This document shows, one piece after another, positions 47,831 through 57,402 of a DNA stretch of 64,000 bases. The notes below the pieces were generated by a model, which made no database searches, was not told the DNA's origin, and saw only the letters and a list, made by a program, of their open reading frames with translations. This DNA is from an uncultured Verrucomicrobiales bacterium (lineage in GTDB: Bacteria > Verrucomicrobiota > Verrucomicrobiia > Limisphaerales > Palsa-1400), in NCBI GenBank assembly GCA_903927905.1, contig CAIYOY010000383.1, positions 2,080 to 66,079 on the forward strand. The letters are read 5' to 3'. How positions within the stretch are numbered: position 1 is the stretch's first letter; every line of letters starts with the position of its first letter. Position numbers and translations under genes: made by a program.

Positions 47831-49912
47831 ATGTCAAAATCGGGCAAAAAAGCATGTTTTTTATTGGTTGTTTTGACCCATTTTCTCCTACTGGCTCCCT
47901 TTGGCTCCGTGGCGGCAGCGACCGCCAATTTCAACACCATTTTCCACTACAGCGTATTTTATTATGACGATAACATGGACTTCAATCCTGGCATCTTTCT
48001 GGGTATTACCGGCGAAGTTCATGGCAATCGAAATATTTACGTAGCCGCCTTAGCTAGCCTGACATTCTCCAACGAAGTAGAAGCGGCGGGGAATATAATT
48101 AGCGGGAAAAACCCGGCCAGTCCGCTGGCCGCCGGCACCGGTCCGGTGAATTTCCTGAGTACAAAAACCTCTGGAACACCCATTTATTTTCTCCCAAGTG
48201 ACGCAACCAGTCAAAACTTCAATGGACATGCCCTTGTTGAGGTGCCACCCGTAGGAGAATCGTCCACCACTGGATTTGGAACGAACCGACTTTACAATCA
48301 GGTGGACATGATTATCACCATAACCAACAGTCCAACCAATCCGGTCGTGATCCAAGCCAAGAGTGGGATAGCAATCAACGGCGGGCTGACCACCACCATC
48401 CCTTGGACCAATTTTTTATCCACAAATCTGACGTTCTATGATTTCCGTCAATCAGCCACGATCCAAGCCGTCACCCTTGATATTGGTAAATTAAAACGAT
48501 GGAGCGAAACTAATTCCCTGTTACGACCCTTGTTGGGCAATAGGGATGTCACATCTGTTTTCCTCGCCGATGTGCGCGCAATGGCCAGCACCAATCAGTC
48601 AGGCATCGTGATCACCAACGGGAAATTCCTTCCCTCGCTCGGGTTAACGATTGTCACGCCTAATCCTGTTTTTACCCTAGGAGATTTCAATACGACCATT
48701 GATGGAACCAACTTCTATCCCGGGACCAATGACACATCACATACACGACCGGCCGCAATCATGTGTGATGCAATTAATATATTATCGAGCTCCTGGAACC
48801 CGGGCGCCTTCGTTTTAGCCACCCGAATTGCCGCCAGCACTACGGTCAATGCCGCCATCGTGACCGGCAATGTCACCACCACTAACAGCCACTACAGCGG
48901 AGGGGTGGAAAATTTTTTCCGATTTTTGGAAGACTGGAGCTTTGGGACGTTTACATACAACGGATCCATGATCCAACTTTTTGCCAGCCGAATTGCCACT
49001 GCCCCGTGGGTCGCCCCCGGCCCATCAGCCAGCGTTTATAATCCTCCCGTCTGTCATTGGAATTTTGACCGGAATTTTTTAAATGCGGCAAAAGTACCGC
49101 CCTTGACGTTTTATATTGATACAGGGCCGGTTCCGTTGCCGACCATTTTGGCCGATCCTCAAAGCACAAATGTTCTAGTTGGAAGTTCTCTGACCTTGAG
49201 TGTTTTCGCGACCAACAATTTTTCTGGTTTCTATGCAACCACCCCTCTGACTAATCAATGGTATTTCAATACCAACACTCCGCTGACCAAGGCCACCAAC
49301 AACACCCTGATCTTGACCAATATCCAACTGGCCCAAGCCGGAGTGTATCACGTTATGGTCTCCAATGCTGCCGGAGGGGTCGCCAGCGCCTTTGCGACCG
49401 TCACCGTGACGAAGAGCGACACCGTAACCACCCTTGGCGCCTTGCCTTGGTCGCCTCAGTTCCAACCCTTAGATTTTTCTGCCACCGTCACCGCTGCTTC
49501 CGGAACGCCTACTGGCCAAGTCGAATTCAAAGACGGCGTCAATAGCTTGGGCTCCGCTCTCTTAATTTCCGGCACAGCCCTGTTGAACAACATCAACCTT
49601 TCTCTCGGCAATCATACCATCACCGCTTATTATTCCGGTGACGCCAAATACAACGCCAGCAGCTCCAGTTCCGCCGTGCAACGTCTTGGGTTTTATTTCC
49701 TGCCACCAATCTTGAAACCAGATGGAACGGTGAGTCTGGGTGGCTCAAGCACTCCCGGTCAAACCGCCGTTCTGGAACACGCGGACGCCTTGCAAACCCC
49801 GATGATCTGGCTCCCGCTTGACACCAATACGGCCGACACCAACGGTCGCTACAATTTCATTCAACCCATTTCTGGCGCTACTTCCAGTTTTTATCGCCTG
49901 CGCCTGCCGTAG
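47831..49912 (+). CDS. Secreted protein with a PilX/HpsA-C-terminal-like domain, Ig, Big_3-like domain and C-terminal FYRLRLP domain
   Basis: Sec-type signal; PAAIMCDAINILSSSW, YSGGVENFFRFLEDWS and YNPPVCHWNFD; GTPTGQVEFKDG...HTITAYYSGD. Confidence 0.7.
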   Translation: MSKSGKKACFLLVVLTHFLLLAPFGSVAAATANFNTIFHYSVFYYDDNMDFNPGIFLGITGEVHGNRNIYVAALASLTFSNEVEAAGNIISGKNPASPLAAGTGPVNFLSTKTSGTPIYFLPSDATSQNFNGHALVEVPPVGESSTTGFGTNRLYNQVDMIITITNSPTNPVVIQAKSGIAINGGLTTTIPWTNFLSTNLTFYDFRQSATIQAVTLDIGKLKRWSETNSLLRPLLGNRDVTSVFLADVRAMASTNQSGIVITNGKFLPSLGLTIVTPNPVFTLGDFNTTIDGTNFYPGTNDTSHTRPAAIMCDAINILSSSWNPGAFVLATRIAASTTVNAAIVTGNVTTTNSHYSGGVENFFRFLEDWSFGTFTYNGSMIQLFASRIATAPWVAPGPSASVYNPPVCHWNFDRNFLNAAKVPPLTFYIDTGPVPLPTILADPQSTNVLVGSSLTLSVFATNNFSGFYATTPLTNQWYFNTNTPLTKATNNTLILTNIQLAQAGVYHVMVSNAAGGVASAFATVTVTKSDTVTTLGALPWSPQFQPLDFSATVTAASGTPTGQVEFKDGVNSLGSALLISGTALLNNINLSLGNHTITAYYSGDAKYNASSSSSAVQRLGFYFLPPILKPDGTVSLGGSSTPGQTAVLEHADALQTPMIWLPLDTNTADTNGRYNFIQPISGATSSFYRLRLP

Positions 49913-49974
49913 CGGTCCGATGCTATAAGGAAACAAGACTTGTTTGGTCGTGGTAAACGGCATATGGTTTAAAC

Positions 49975-50253
49975 ATGAAAATGGTTACTGTCCTTGAAGC
50001 ACAGAATCAGCTTGGTCGTTTGGTGGCTGAAGCTTCGCGGGGAGACATCATTGTCCTGACGGATGGGGCCGTTCAAGCCACGCTGGCCCCTTGTGTTCCA
50101 AGTCCGCAGCTTGATCCAGAGGAAGACACGCCTCAGTTGGAAAATGAATTATTGAAAGCAGTCCGAGGGCCGCACGCTCCTTTTTCCAAATCCGAACTTC
50201 GTCAAATCGCCGACCGGACCATCCAGGAAGAGGGGGCGCGACGACCGCGATGA
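49975..50253 (+). CDS. Antitoxin with Phd/YefM-like N-terminus
   Basis: MKMVTVLEAQNQLGRLVAEASRGDIIVLT; ATGA overlap with the toxin gene. Confidence 0.7.
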   Translation: MKMVTVLEAQNQLGRLVAEASRGDIIVLTDGAVQATLAPCVPSPQLDPEEDTPQLENELLKAVRGPHAPFSKSELRQIADRTIQEEGARRPR

Positions 50254-50588
50254 AACTCGTCCTGCACCGTTCTGATTATTTTAATCTCGATTTTGATTTG
50301 CAATACCGGTGGTATTTGAAAAAAGCCGGATTGGAAGTAGCGGAGCGATATTTGAATGCACTGCTTCTGACTTTGGACGAGTTGGCCATGCAGCCAGACT
50401 TGGGGCGGGAACGGCATTTTCGCCATCGGGAATTAGCCGGCATCCGCACTTTCCGCCTGGTTGCGCCCTTTTCCGTTCATCTGATTTTCTATCGGCACAC
50501 TGAAACAGAATTATGGGCTGAGCGTTTGATGTCGGGGGTGCGCGATTTGCCAAGACGTTTAAGGGAACCGCCGGATTCGGCAGAATGA
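50250..50588 (+). CDS. RelE/ParE-family toxin (ParE-like)
   Basis: VAERYLNAL...LAMQPDLG...GIRTFRL..PF..HLIFYR...MSGVRDL. Confidence 0.8.
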   Translation: MKLVLHRSDYFNLDFDLQYRWYLKKAGLEVAERYLNALLLTLDELAMQPDLGRERHFRHRELAGIRTFRLVAPFSVHLIFYRHTETELWAERLMSGVRDLPRRLREPPDSAE

Positions 50589-50639
50589 CCGATGCAATCA
50601 GTTGCAGACAAACCAGATTCAATAGTATCCTTCACCTGA

Positions 50640-51986
50640 ATGACCGTTGCTCCCGCAATTTCTATACCAGTCGTTTCGGCCAAACCGAAGCGGCATTCTC
50701 ATTTGCACGACTTGGATTATTCCGTGGTGCAACAGTGCATGCACTGCGGGCTTTGCCTGCCGACCTGCCCGACCTACGACGCCACCAAGCTCGAGCGAAA
50801 CAGCCCGCGCGGACGCATCGCGCTGATGCGGGCCATCGCCGATGATAAACTGGAACCGACGAAGGCTTTTGCGGATGAGATGTATTTTTGCCTGGGTTGC
50901 CTGGCGTGCATGACGGCTTGTCCGGCGGGCGTGAATTACGCGGAGCTTTTTGAACACGCGCGGGCGGAGGCGGAGCAAAGCCGGGTGTTGGACAATCCGA
51001 AACGGAGTTTTATCCGGGCGCTGACGTTGCGCTGGCTGTTCATGGATTTGGGACGGTTGCAGTTGCTCGGCTTTCTGATCCGATTTTATCAGCAGCTTGG
51101 ATTGCAGAGTTTGCTGCGAAATTCAGGGGTGTTGAAATTGTTGCCGAAACGATTACAGGAATTGGAGGCGATGACGCCGACGATTCAACCGCAGTTCACT
51201 GCCGATCTGGTGACGCCAGTGACGCCGGCTTTTGGGGTGAAGAAATATCGTGTGGCGGTATTGACCGGTTGCGCGCAGGACCTGATGTATAGTGATGTAA
51301 ACCGTGACACCGTGGAAGTATTGGCGCGGAACGATTGCGAGGTGGTCACGCCGCCGGAACAAAATTGCTGCGGCTCGCTGCACGCGCACAACGGCGAGTG
51401 GGGCATGGCCCAGGAATTGGCGCGCAAAACCATTGACCAGTTTCCGCCGGAACAATTCGACGCCATCATCAGCAACGCGGCGGGGTGCGGGTCGCATCTA
51501 AAACATTATTCCAGCCTGCTGGCGGATGATCCGGTTTATGCGCCGCGCGCAAAATTGTGGGATGCAAAATTGAAAGACATTCACGAATGGCTCGCAAAAA
51601 TTGGGATTCAAACCCCGCCCGCCATGAACGCCCCGGCGCAGACGGTGACCTATCACGAAGCCTGTCATTTGTGCCACGGCCAGAAAATCACGGCCCAGCC
51701 GCGCCAGCTTTTGAAGGCGATCCCGAATCTGACGTTGACCGAATTGCCGGAAAGCAATTGGTGCTGCGGCAGCGCGGGGATTTATAATTTGATCCAGCCA
51801 GAGATGGCGAATCAGCTTTTGGACCGCAAATTGGGACATATTGTGGAAACGAAGGCGCCGATTGTGGCGACGGGGAACCCGGGGTGTCTGGCGCACATGA
51901 CGAATGGAGTGCGCCGCCAGAATCTGCCGGTGCGCATGGTGCATCCGATCACTTTGCTGGCGGAAGCCTATCGAAGAGGGAATTAG
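50640..51986 (+). CDS. glcF: Fe-S oxidoreductase, GlcF-like
   Basis: CMHCGLCLPTCPTY, CLGCLACMTACPAGV and two CCG domains. Confidence 0.8.
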   Translation: MTVAPAISIPVVSAKPKRHSHLHDLDYSVVQQCMHCGLCLPTCPTYDATKLERNSPRGRIALMRAIADDKLEPTKAFADEMYFCLGCLACMTACPAGVNYAELFEHARAEAEQSRVLDNPKRSFIRALTLRWLFMDLGRLQLLGFLIRFYQQLGLQSLLRNSGVLKLLPKRLQELEAMTPTIQPQFTADLVTPVTPAFGVKKYRVAVLTGCAQDLMYSDVNRDTVEVLARNDCEVVTPPEQNCCGSLHAHNGEWGMAQELARKTIDQFPPEQFDAIISNAAGCGSHLKHYSSLLADDPVYAPRAKLWDAKLKDIHEWLAKIGIQTPPAMNAPAQTVTYHEACHLCHGQKITAQPRQLLKAIPNLTLTELPESNWCCGSAGIYNLIQPEMANQLLDRKLGHIVETKAPIVATGNPGCLAHMTNGVRRQNLPVRMVHPITLLAEAYRRGN

Positions 51987-52019
51987 ACTTTTTAGCCGTT
52001 TCACTTTAGCCTCTTTTCC

Positions 52020-52991
52020 ATGAGCCATCTATCTCGCGCTCGCGCTGTGTTTGACATTGAGTTGGCCGCCCTGAAATCGGTGCGGGCCCAACTTGACCAA
52101 GCCTTTGATGAGGCGGTTGAAATCGTTGTCGAATCACTGCGGCAACGCGGCAAAGTAGTCATCGTCGGCATCGGTAAATCCGGCAATATCGGCCAAAAAA
52201 TCGCCGCCACCATGACCAGCACCGGCTCGACCAGCGTGGTACTCAATCCGGTGGATGCGTTGCATGGGGATCTGGGAATCGTGTCGGATGGGGATGTCGT
52301 TCTGGCACTGAGTTATTCGGGGGAATCGGAAGAGTTGTTGAATTTGATCCCGGCGCTCAAACGGTTTTCGGTTAAAATCATTTCTTTCACCGCCACCAAT
52401 AAATCTTCTCTCGCGCGGCACAGCGATGTGGTGGTGAAGGTCAAGGTTTCCAAGGAAGCGTGCCCATTCAATCTGGCCCCGACCGCCAGCACCACGGCCA
52501 TGCTGGTCATGGGCGATGCGCTGGCCATGGCGATTTTGCATGCGCGCGGGTTTAAGGAAAAGGATTATGCCAAACGCCATCCCTCCGGCGCGATTGGCCG
52601 GGCCATGCTGCTGAAGGTGCGCGACATCATGCGAACCGATGCGCGCAACGCGATCGTTGCGGAAAATATCACGGTGAAAGAAGCGTTGCTGGTCATGACC
52701 CGGGCGAAGTCCGGCAGTGTCAGCATCATCAATAAGCGCGGAAAATTGACCGGCGTCTTCACCGATGGCGATCTGCGCCGGCACATGACGGATGATGGGC
52801 TGATTCTGTTCAAGCCCCTGGCCAGCGTGATGACGAAGAATCCGATCTGCGTGCAGGACGACGCGATGGCACAGGAGGCATTGAAAATTTTCAACCAGCG
52901 GAACATTGATGACTTGGTGGTGGTGAACAGTAAACATGAGCCGGTCGGGCTGATTGATTTGCAGGATTTGCCCAAGTTGAAATTGATGTAA
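52020..52991 (+). CDS. kdsD: Arabinose-5-phosphate isomerase (KpsF/GutQ, SIS+CBS)
   Basis: GIGKSGNIG, ALHGDLG, EACPFNLAPTAST, HPSG and TDGDLRR. Confidence 0.92.
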   Translation: MSHLSRARAVFDIELAALKSVRAQLDQAFDEAVEIVVESLRQRGKVVIVGIGKSGNIGQKIAATMTSTGSTSVVLNPVDALHGDLGIVSDGDVVLALSYSGESEELLNLIPALKRFSVKIISFTATNKSSLARHSDVVVKVKVSKEACPFNLAPTASTTAMLVMGDALAMAILHARGFKEKDYAKRHPSGAIGRAMLLKVRDIMRTDARNAIVAENITVKEALLVMTRAKSGSVSIINKRGKLTGVFTDGDLRRHMTDDGLILFKPLASVMTKNPICVQDDAMAQEALKIFNQRNIDDLVVVNSKHEPVGLIDLQDLPKLKLM

Positions 52992-53064
52992 GTGGTCTGT
53001 TGTTTGTGGTCAGTTGTCCGTCGGCGTTGCGCAATAGTTTCACGGACTACTGACCACTGACAAA
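52992..53064. repeat. 7-bp arrays in inverted arrangement (hairpin)
   Basis: gtggtct gttgttt gtggtca gttgtcc ... ggactac tgaccac tgacaaa. Confidence 0.65.
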
Positions 53065-53067
53065 TTT

Positions 53068-53847
53068 ATGCCAGCAAAATCATTTACTCTAATTTGTGCG
53101 CTCCTGTGCGGGGGTATTACCCTGTACGCCCAGGACAAACCGCAGGACAAAATCTTCGCGGCGCAGACGTTTGAGAAGCAAATCACCAAGACGCTCCACA
53201 GCGATTATCTTTTGTTTCTGCCAAAAGGGTATGACGCCAAGGCCGAGAAAAAGTGGCCGTTGATCCTGCTGTTGCATGGCGCGGGAGAGCGCGGGACGAA
53301 TGTCTGGCGGGTGGATATTCATGGTCCGTCCAAATACATTCTCGAACACCCGGACTTTCCTTTCATCATGGTGTCGCCGCTTTGTCCAGAAGGGCAGACC
53401 TGGTCGAATGAAACACTGATGGAATTGTTGGATAAAGTAATGGCGAGCCATCAAGTGGATGCAGATCGGGTTTATCTGACGGGGTTGAGCATGGGTGGAT
53501 ATGGGACGTGGAGCCTTGCCCTGGCTTATCCGGAAAAGTTTGCCGCAGTGATTCCGATTTGCGGGGGGGGCGATTCTTTGCCGGTTCATTTGGCGCGCAC
53601 CGGTTATACGACGGCGGCGAAAAAAGAGGCGATGAAAAATCTGCCCATCTGGGCATTTCATGGCGGCAAAGACACGGTGGTGCCGCCGGATGATTCCGAG
53701 CACATGGTCAAAGCCTTGAAGCTGCTGGGCGCGAAAGAAGTGAAACTGACGATTTACCCCGAGGCCACGCATAACTCCTGGGCGCAAACGTACAGCAATC
53801 CAGAGATTTACGATTGGTTGTTGCAGCATAAAAGAACCAGACCCTGA
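53068..53847 (+). CDS. Secreted alpha/beta hydrolase (esterase/peptidase)
   Basis: LLLHGAGERG, TGLSMGGYG, FHGGKD and HNSW, plus a signal peptide. Confidence 0.88.
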   Translation: MPAKSFTLICALLCGGITLYAQDKPQDKIFAAQTFEKQITKTLHSDYLLFLPKGYDAKAEKKWPLILLLHGAGERGTNVWRVDIHGPSKYILEHPDFPFIMVSPLCPEGQTWSNETLMELLDKVMASHQVDADRVYLTGLSMGGYGTWSLALAYPEKFAAVIPICGGGDSLPVHLARTGYTTAAKKEAMKNLPIWAFHGGKDTVVPPDDSEHMVKALKLLGAKEVKLTIYPEATHNSWAQTYSNPEIYDWLLQHKRTRP

Positions 53848-53904
53848 ACCAGGATTCCGCCGACTCAAGTCTTTGAATTGTCGCCGGATCGTTTCATCAC
53901 TGGA

Positions 53905-53933
53905 TTGACAAAGGCCGGGAATAATGGCAGGAT
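53905..53933 (+). promoter_or_regulatory. Possible sigma70 promoter
   Basis: TTGACA-17 bp-CAGGAT with an extended TG; the -10 box is weak. Confidence 0.35.
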
Positions 53934-54036
53934 ATTCTCCCGACGAGATTCATCTGCCAAAACCCGGCAGACTCCCCGCTTTAACTGTTCCCTCTCCGCG
54001 ATCCATTCGCGGGGCGGACTATTTTATTTTATTATT

Positions 54037-54954
54037 ATGAAAACTGGCTATTTGATTGACATGGATGGCGTGATTTACCGGGAGAATCAGCTCATTCCCG
54101 GCGCGGTGGAATTTGTCAGCGCGCTGAGCGCGACGGGCACGCCGTTTCTGTTTTTGACCAATAATTCCGCCCCGACGCCGGAAGATCTTGCCGTCCGGCT
54201 GAAGCACATGGGCATCCATAATGTGTCGCCCCGGCACTTTTATACTTCGGCGCTGAACACGGCGGATTTTCTCAGTGAGACGGACCCAAGCTGCACGGTG
54301 TTTGTGGTGGGAGAAGGCGGGTTGCTGGCGGCATTGAATGAACGGAAGATCGCTAATGACTCGATCAAACCGCGTTATGTGGTGGTGGGGGAAGGTTCGG
54401 TTTCGATGGAGCGACTGGCCAAGGCGCATGAGTGCATTGAACGCGGCGCGCGATTGCTCGCGACCAACCCGGACAATTGGTGTCCGGTTTCCAGTGAGAA
54501 AACGCGGCCTGGTTCGGGGGCAACGGTGGCATTTTTGGAGGCCAGCACTGGTCGGCGCGCGTATTATCTGGGCAAGCCAAACAGCTATATGTTTCATCGC
54601 GCGCGCCGCAAACTGGCGGACATCACGCACACGGAACCGAAGCAGGTGGTGATGATTGGCGACACGATGGAGACAGACATTCGCGGCGCGTTTGAAGCCG
54701 GCATGCAATCGTATCTGGTTTTGAGCGGTTCAACGCGTTTTGAAGATTTGAGCGATTATGTTTATCAACCAACACGCTTGTTGCAAAGTGTGGCCGAACT
54801 GACCGAGGAAATTAAAACGGGTCTGCCGTCGGATGGCAAAGCCGCAGAAATTTTTCCGGGCAAAAGTTCAGACAGTCATAAATCCGGGCATCGGCATCAG
54901 ACGGATATTTTTGCGTTTCACAAACCGCGCCCCCGTCCCGCGATGACGAAGTGA
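54037..54954 (+). CDS. HAD-IIA hydrolase (NagD-like)
   Basis: LIDMDGVIY, FLTNN, ATNPD, LGKP and MIGDTMETDI. Start at ATG 54037. Confidence 0.9.
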   Translation: MKTGYLIDMDGVIYRENQLIPGAVEFVSALSATGTPFLFLTNNSAPTPEDLAVRLKHMGIHNVSPRHFYTSALNTADFLSETDPSCTVFVVGEGGLLAALNERKIANDSIKPRYVVVGEGSVSMERLAKAHECIERGARLLATNPDNWCPVSSEKTRPGSGATVAFLEASTGRRAYYLGKPNSYMFHRARRKLADITHTEPKQVVMIGDTMETDIRGAFEAGMQSYLVLSGSTRFEDLSDYVYQPTRLLQSVAELTEEIKTGLPSDGKAAEIFPGKSSDSHKSGHRHQTDIFAFHKPRPRPAMTK

Positions 54955-54973
54955 CAAGCGGCATTTTGACGGC

Positions 54974-55132
54974 AGCTCCAGAGGAGCGGACTGTCTATAG
55001 AAAAGAATTCTTAAAATTATTAAAGCTCCGTAGGAGCGATCTGTAATTCTTTAAATAAAACAACAGGTCGCTCCTACGGAGCTTTATTCGCAAGACACAA
55101 CATTACTATAGACAGGCCGCTCCTCTGGAGCT
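54974..55132. repeat. Nested four-unit REP/REPIN-like palindrome
   Basis: Outer arms 54974-55000 and 55106-55132 match 26/27; inner arms 55021-55044 and 55063-55086 match 23/24. Unit AGCTCC(A/G)(G/T)AGGAGCG. Confidence 0.8.
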
Positions 55133-55195
55133 TCCCGGTCTCCCGGCTTTCAGGGTTGAACTTTCTTCGGCAAACCCTAAACTTCTCAGCAACAG

Positions 55196-56275
55196 ATGGG
55201 AAATTCATTTGGCCAACTTTTTCGCATCACCACCTGGGGCGAGTCTCACGGTGGTGGAATCGGCGTTGTCATTGACGGCTGTCCGCCGCGCTTGAAGCTC
55301 ACGGAAGCAGACATCCAGCCTGATCTTGATCGCCGCCGCCCCGGGCAATCCAAAATCGTCACTCCCCGCAAGGAAGCGGATCGTGTGCAAATTCTTTCCG
55401 GCACTTTCGGCGGAAAAACCCTCGGCACGCCCATTTCCATGTGGGTCAAAAATGAGGACATGCGGCCGGAAGCGTATTCGGAAATGGCGACCATGTTCCG
55501 CCCGTCTCACGCTGATTACACTTACCAGGCCAAGTACGGCATTCGCAATTGGCAGGGCGGCGGGCGCACCAGTGCGCGGGAAACGATCGGTCGCGTTGCG
55601 GCCGGGGCCGTGGCCAAGAAAATTTTGCGCGAACAATTTGGCGTCAACGTGCTGGCTTTCGTGCAACAGGTGCAGAAGCTGACGGCCAAAGTGGACGCCA
55701 ATACCGTGACGTTCAAACAAGTTGAATCGAACATCGTGCGCTGCCCAGATCAAACTGCGGCGGAAAAAATGATTCGGCTGATTGAAAAAGTCCGCCGGGC
55801 CGGAGACAGTGTCGGCGGCGTGATCGAATGTGTGGCGCGAGGGGTTCCGGTGGGATGGGGCGAACCGGTGTTTGACCGCTTGGAAGCAGATTTGGCCAAG
55901 GGAATGTTGAGTCTGCCGGCGTCCAAAGGTTTTGAAATCGGTTCGGGTTTTGCTGGAACGTTGTTGACTGGTACGCAGCATAACGATGCGTTTCGTATGA
56001 AGGGCGGCAAAATCCGCACCACGACGAATCTTTCCGGCGGCATTCAGGGTGGAATTTCCAACGGTGAGACCGTTTATTTTCGCGTCGCCTTTAAACCGGT
56101 GGCGACAGTGCTGCGTCCGCAACAGACGGTGGATGTGAATTTCAAGAACGCCATTCTCAAAGCGCGAGGCCGTCATGATCCTTGTGTGTTGCCGCGAGCG
56201 GTGCCGATGGTGGAAGCGATGGCCGCGCTGGTGCTGGTGGATCACGCTTTGCGGCAGCGCGCGCAATGTGGGTGA
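55196..56275 (+). CDS. aroC: Chorismate synthase
   Basis: [35 protein letters not shown] and GRHDPCV. Confidence 0.97.
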   Translation: MGNSFGQLFRITTWGESHGGGIGVVIDGCPPRLKLTEADIQPDLDRRRPGQSKIVTPRKEADRVQILSGTFGGKTLGTPISMWVKNEDMRPEAYSEMATMFRPSHADYTYQAKYGIRNWQGGGRTSARETIGRVAAGAVAKKILREQFGVNVLAFVQQVQKLTAKVDANTVTFKQVESNIVRCPDQTAAEKMIRLIEKVRRAGDSVGGVIECVARGVPVGWGEPVFDRLEADLAKGMLSLPASKGFEIGSGFAGTLLTGTQHNDAFRMKGGKIRTTTNLSGGIQGGISNGETVYFRVAFKPVATVLRPQQTVDVNFKNAILKARGRHDPCVLPRAVPMVEAMAALVLVDHALRQRAQCG

Positions 56276-56286
56276 TACACCTGCGC

Positions 56287-57402
56287 TTATCTAAGCAGCC
56301 AGTACATCAGTAAATAGTACCCACCGAAGATCCAGATCACTGCCGCCATGGCTATATATGGGCCATAGGGCAAACGACTGGACCAGGCTTGTTTCCGCAA
56401 AACAATCAGTGTGATTCCCACGGCTGCGCCGATCACGGAACTGATGGCCAGGGAAAAAATCACCGCCGGCCAGCCAAGAAATGCGCCGATGGCGGCCATG
56501 AATTTCACATCGCCCAGACCCATCGCTTCGCGCGGCAGAATGATCCGGTCGGTCACGGCTTCCATGTACAAAACTTTTTCGGGATCAAAAGTGTCTTCGC
56601 CGATTTTCAGTTCTTCCGGCTTCAGGCACACCGCCACGTTCAGATAGCAACGATCCACCATTTCGACGGTTTTGGCCTGCAAAAGAACCGCGTCCGATTT
56701 TCGGTAGAAAAGATCATCAAACGGAACATCCTGGTCGGGCAATTTGATTCCTTCATCGGTAAAGAAAATTTTGGCGCCCGCCGGCAGATTGATTTTCTGC
56801 CGGCCAAACAACAATTTGCCGAGGCGCAGAATGAGATACACCACCCCGCCGCCCACGGCCATGCCGAGCAGGCTTTGGCGCATGGCCGCGCCGGAATCTT
56901 GCAAGCGGTGAAATCGCGGCAGGGTAAAATGCAATGACGGCACCAGGAAGGAACAAATGAATCCGGCCGCCATCCCGCCGATGGTGATCTCGTCGGGGAT
57001 GATAAAATGCTCGAAGTCAATGAAGGTGGCGGCGATAAATCCGGCGAGCAAAAGACAGTAGGCCAGAACCAACCAAGCGGAGATCCCGCCAAAACAAATC
57101 CAGCAGGCGGCAAACATCAGTCCAGTCAACAATTCGACCAGAAAGTAACGCATGGAGATGGGCGTTTTGCAATTGGCGCATTTGCCGCCCAGCCAGAGCC
57201 AGGTGACCAGCGGGATGTTCAGATACCAGGGGATGGAATAATTACAGTGCGGACAATGTGATGGCGGGCTGACGATACTCTCGCCGCGCGGCATGCGATG
57301 GATGCAGACATTCAGAAAACTGCCGACGATGCAGCCGAACATGAAGAAGGCCAGCGACCAAAAATGAAACGGCACCCGGGCCCATGTCTCGGCATCAAAC
57401 AT
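56287..57402 (-). CDS. pilD: Prepilin peptidase (A24)
   Basis: GSFLNVCIHRMP, SHCPHC, CANC, FIDFEHFIIPD, EAMGLGDVKF and PYGPYI. Start at ATG 57402. Confidence 0.9.
   Translation of the reverse strand: MFDAETWARVPFHFWSLAFFMFGCIVGSFLNVCIHRMPRGESIVSPPSHCPHCNYSIPWYLNIPLVTWLWLGGKCANCKTPISMRYFLVELLTGLMFAACWICFGGISAWLVLAYCLLLAGFIAATFIDFEHFIIPDEITIGGMAAGFICSFLVPSLHFTLPRFHRLQDSGAAMRQSLLGMAVGGGVVYLILRLGKLLFGRQKINLPAGAKIFFTDEGIKLPDQDVPFDDLFYRKSDAVLLQAKTVEMVDRCYLNVAVCLKPEELKIGEDTFDPEKVLYMEAVTDRIILPREAMGLGDVKFMAAIGAFLGWPAVIFSLAISSVIGAAVGITLIVLRKQAWSSRLPYGPYIAMAAVIWIFGGYYLLMYWLLR

Noticed and set aside
53925-54020. Fluoride or guanidine riboswitch before the HAD gene
   Set aside because: The conserved core nucleotides of those families were not found by eye.
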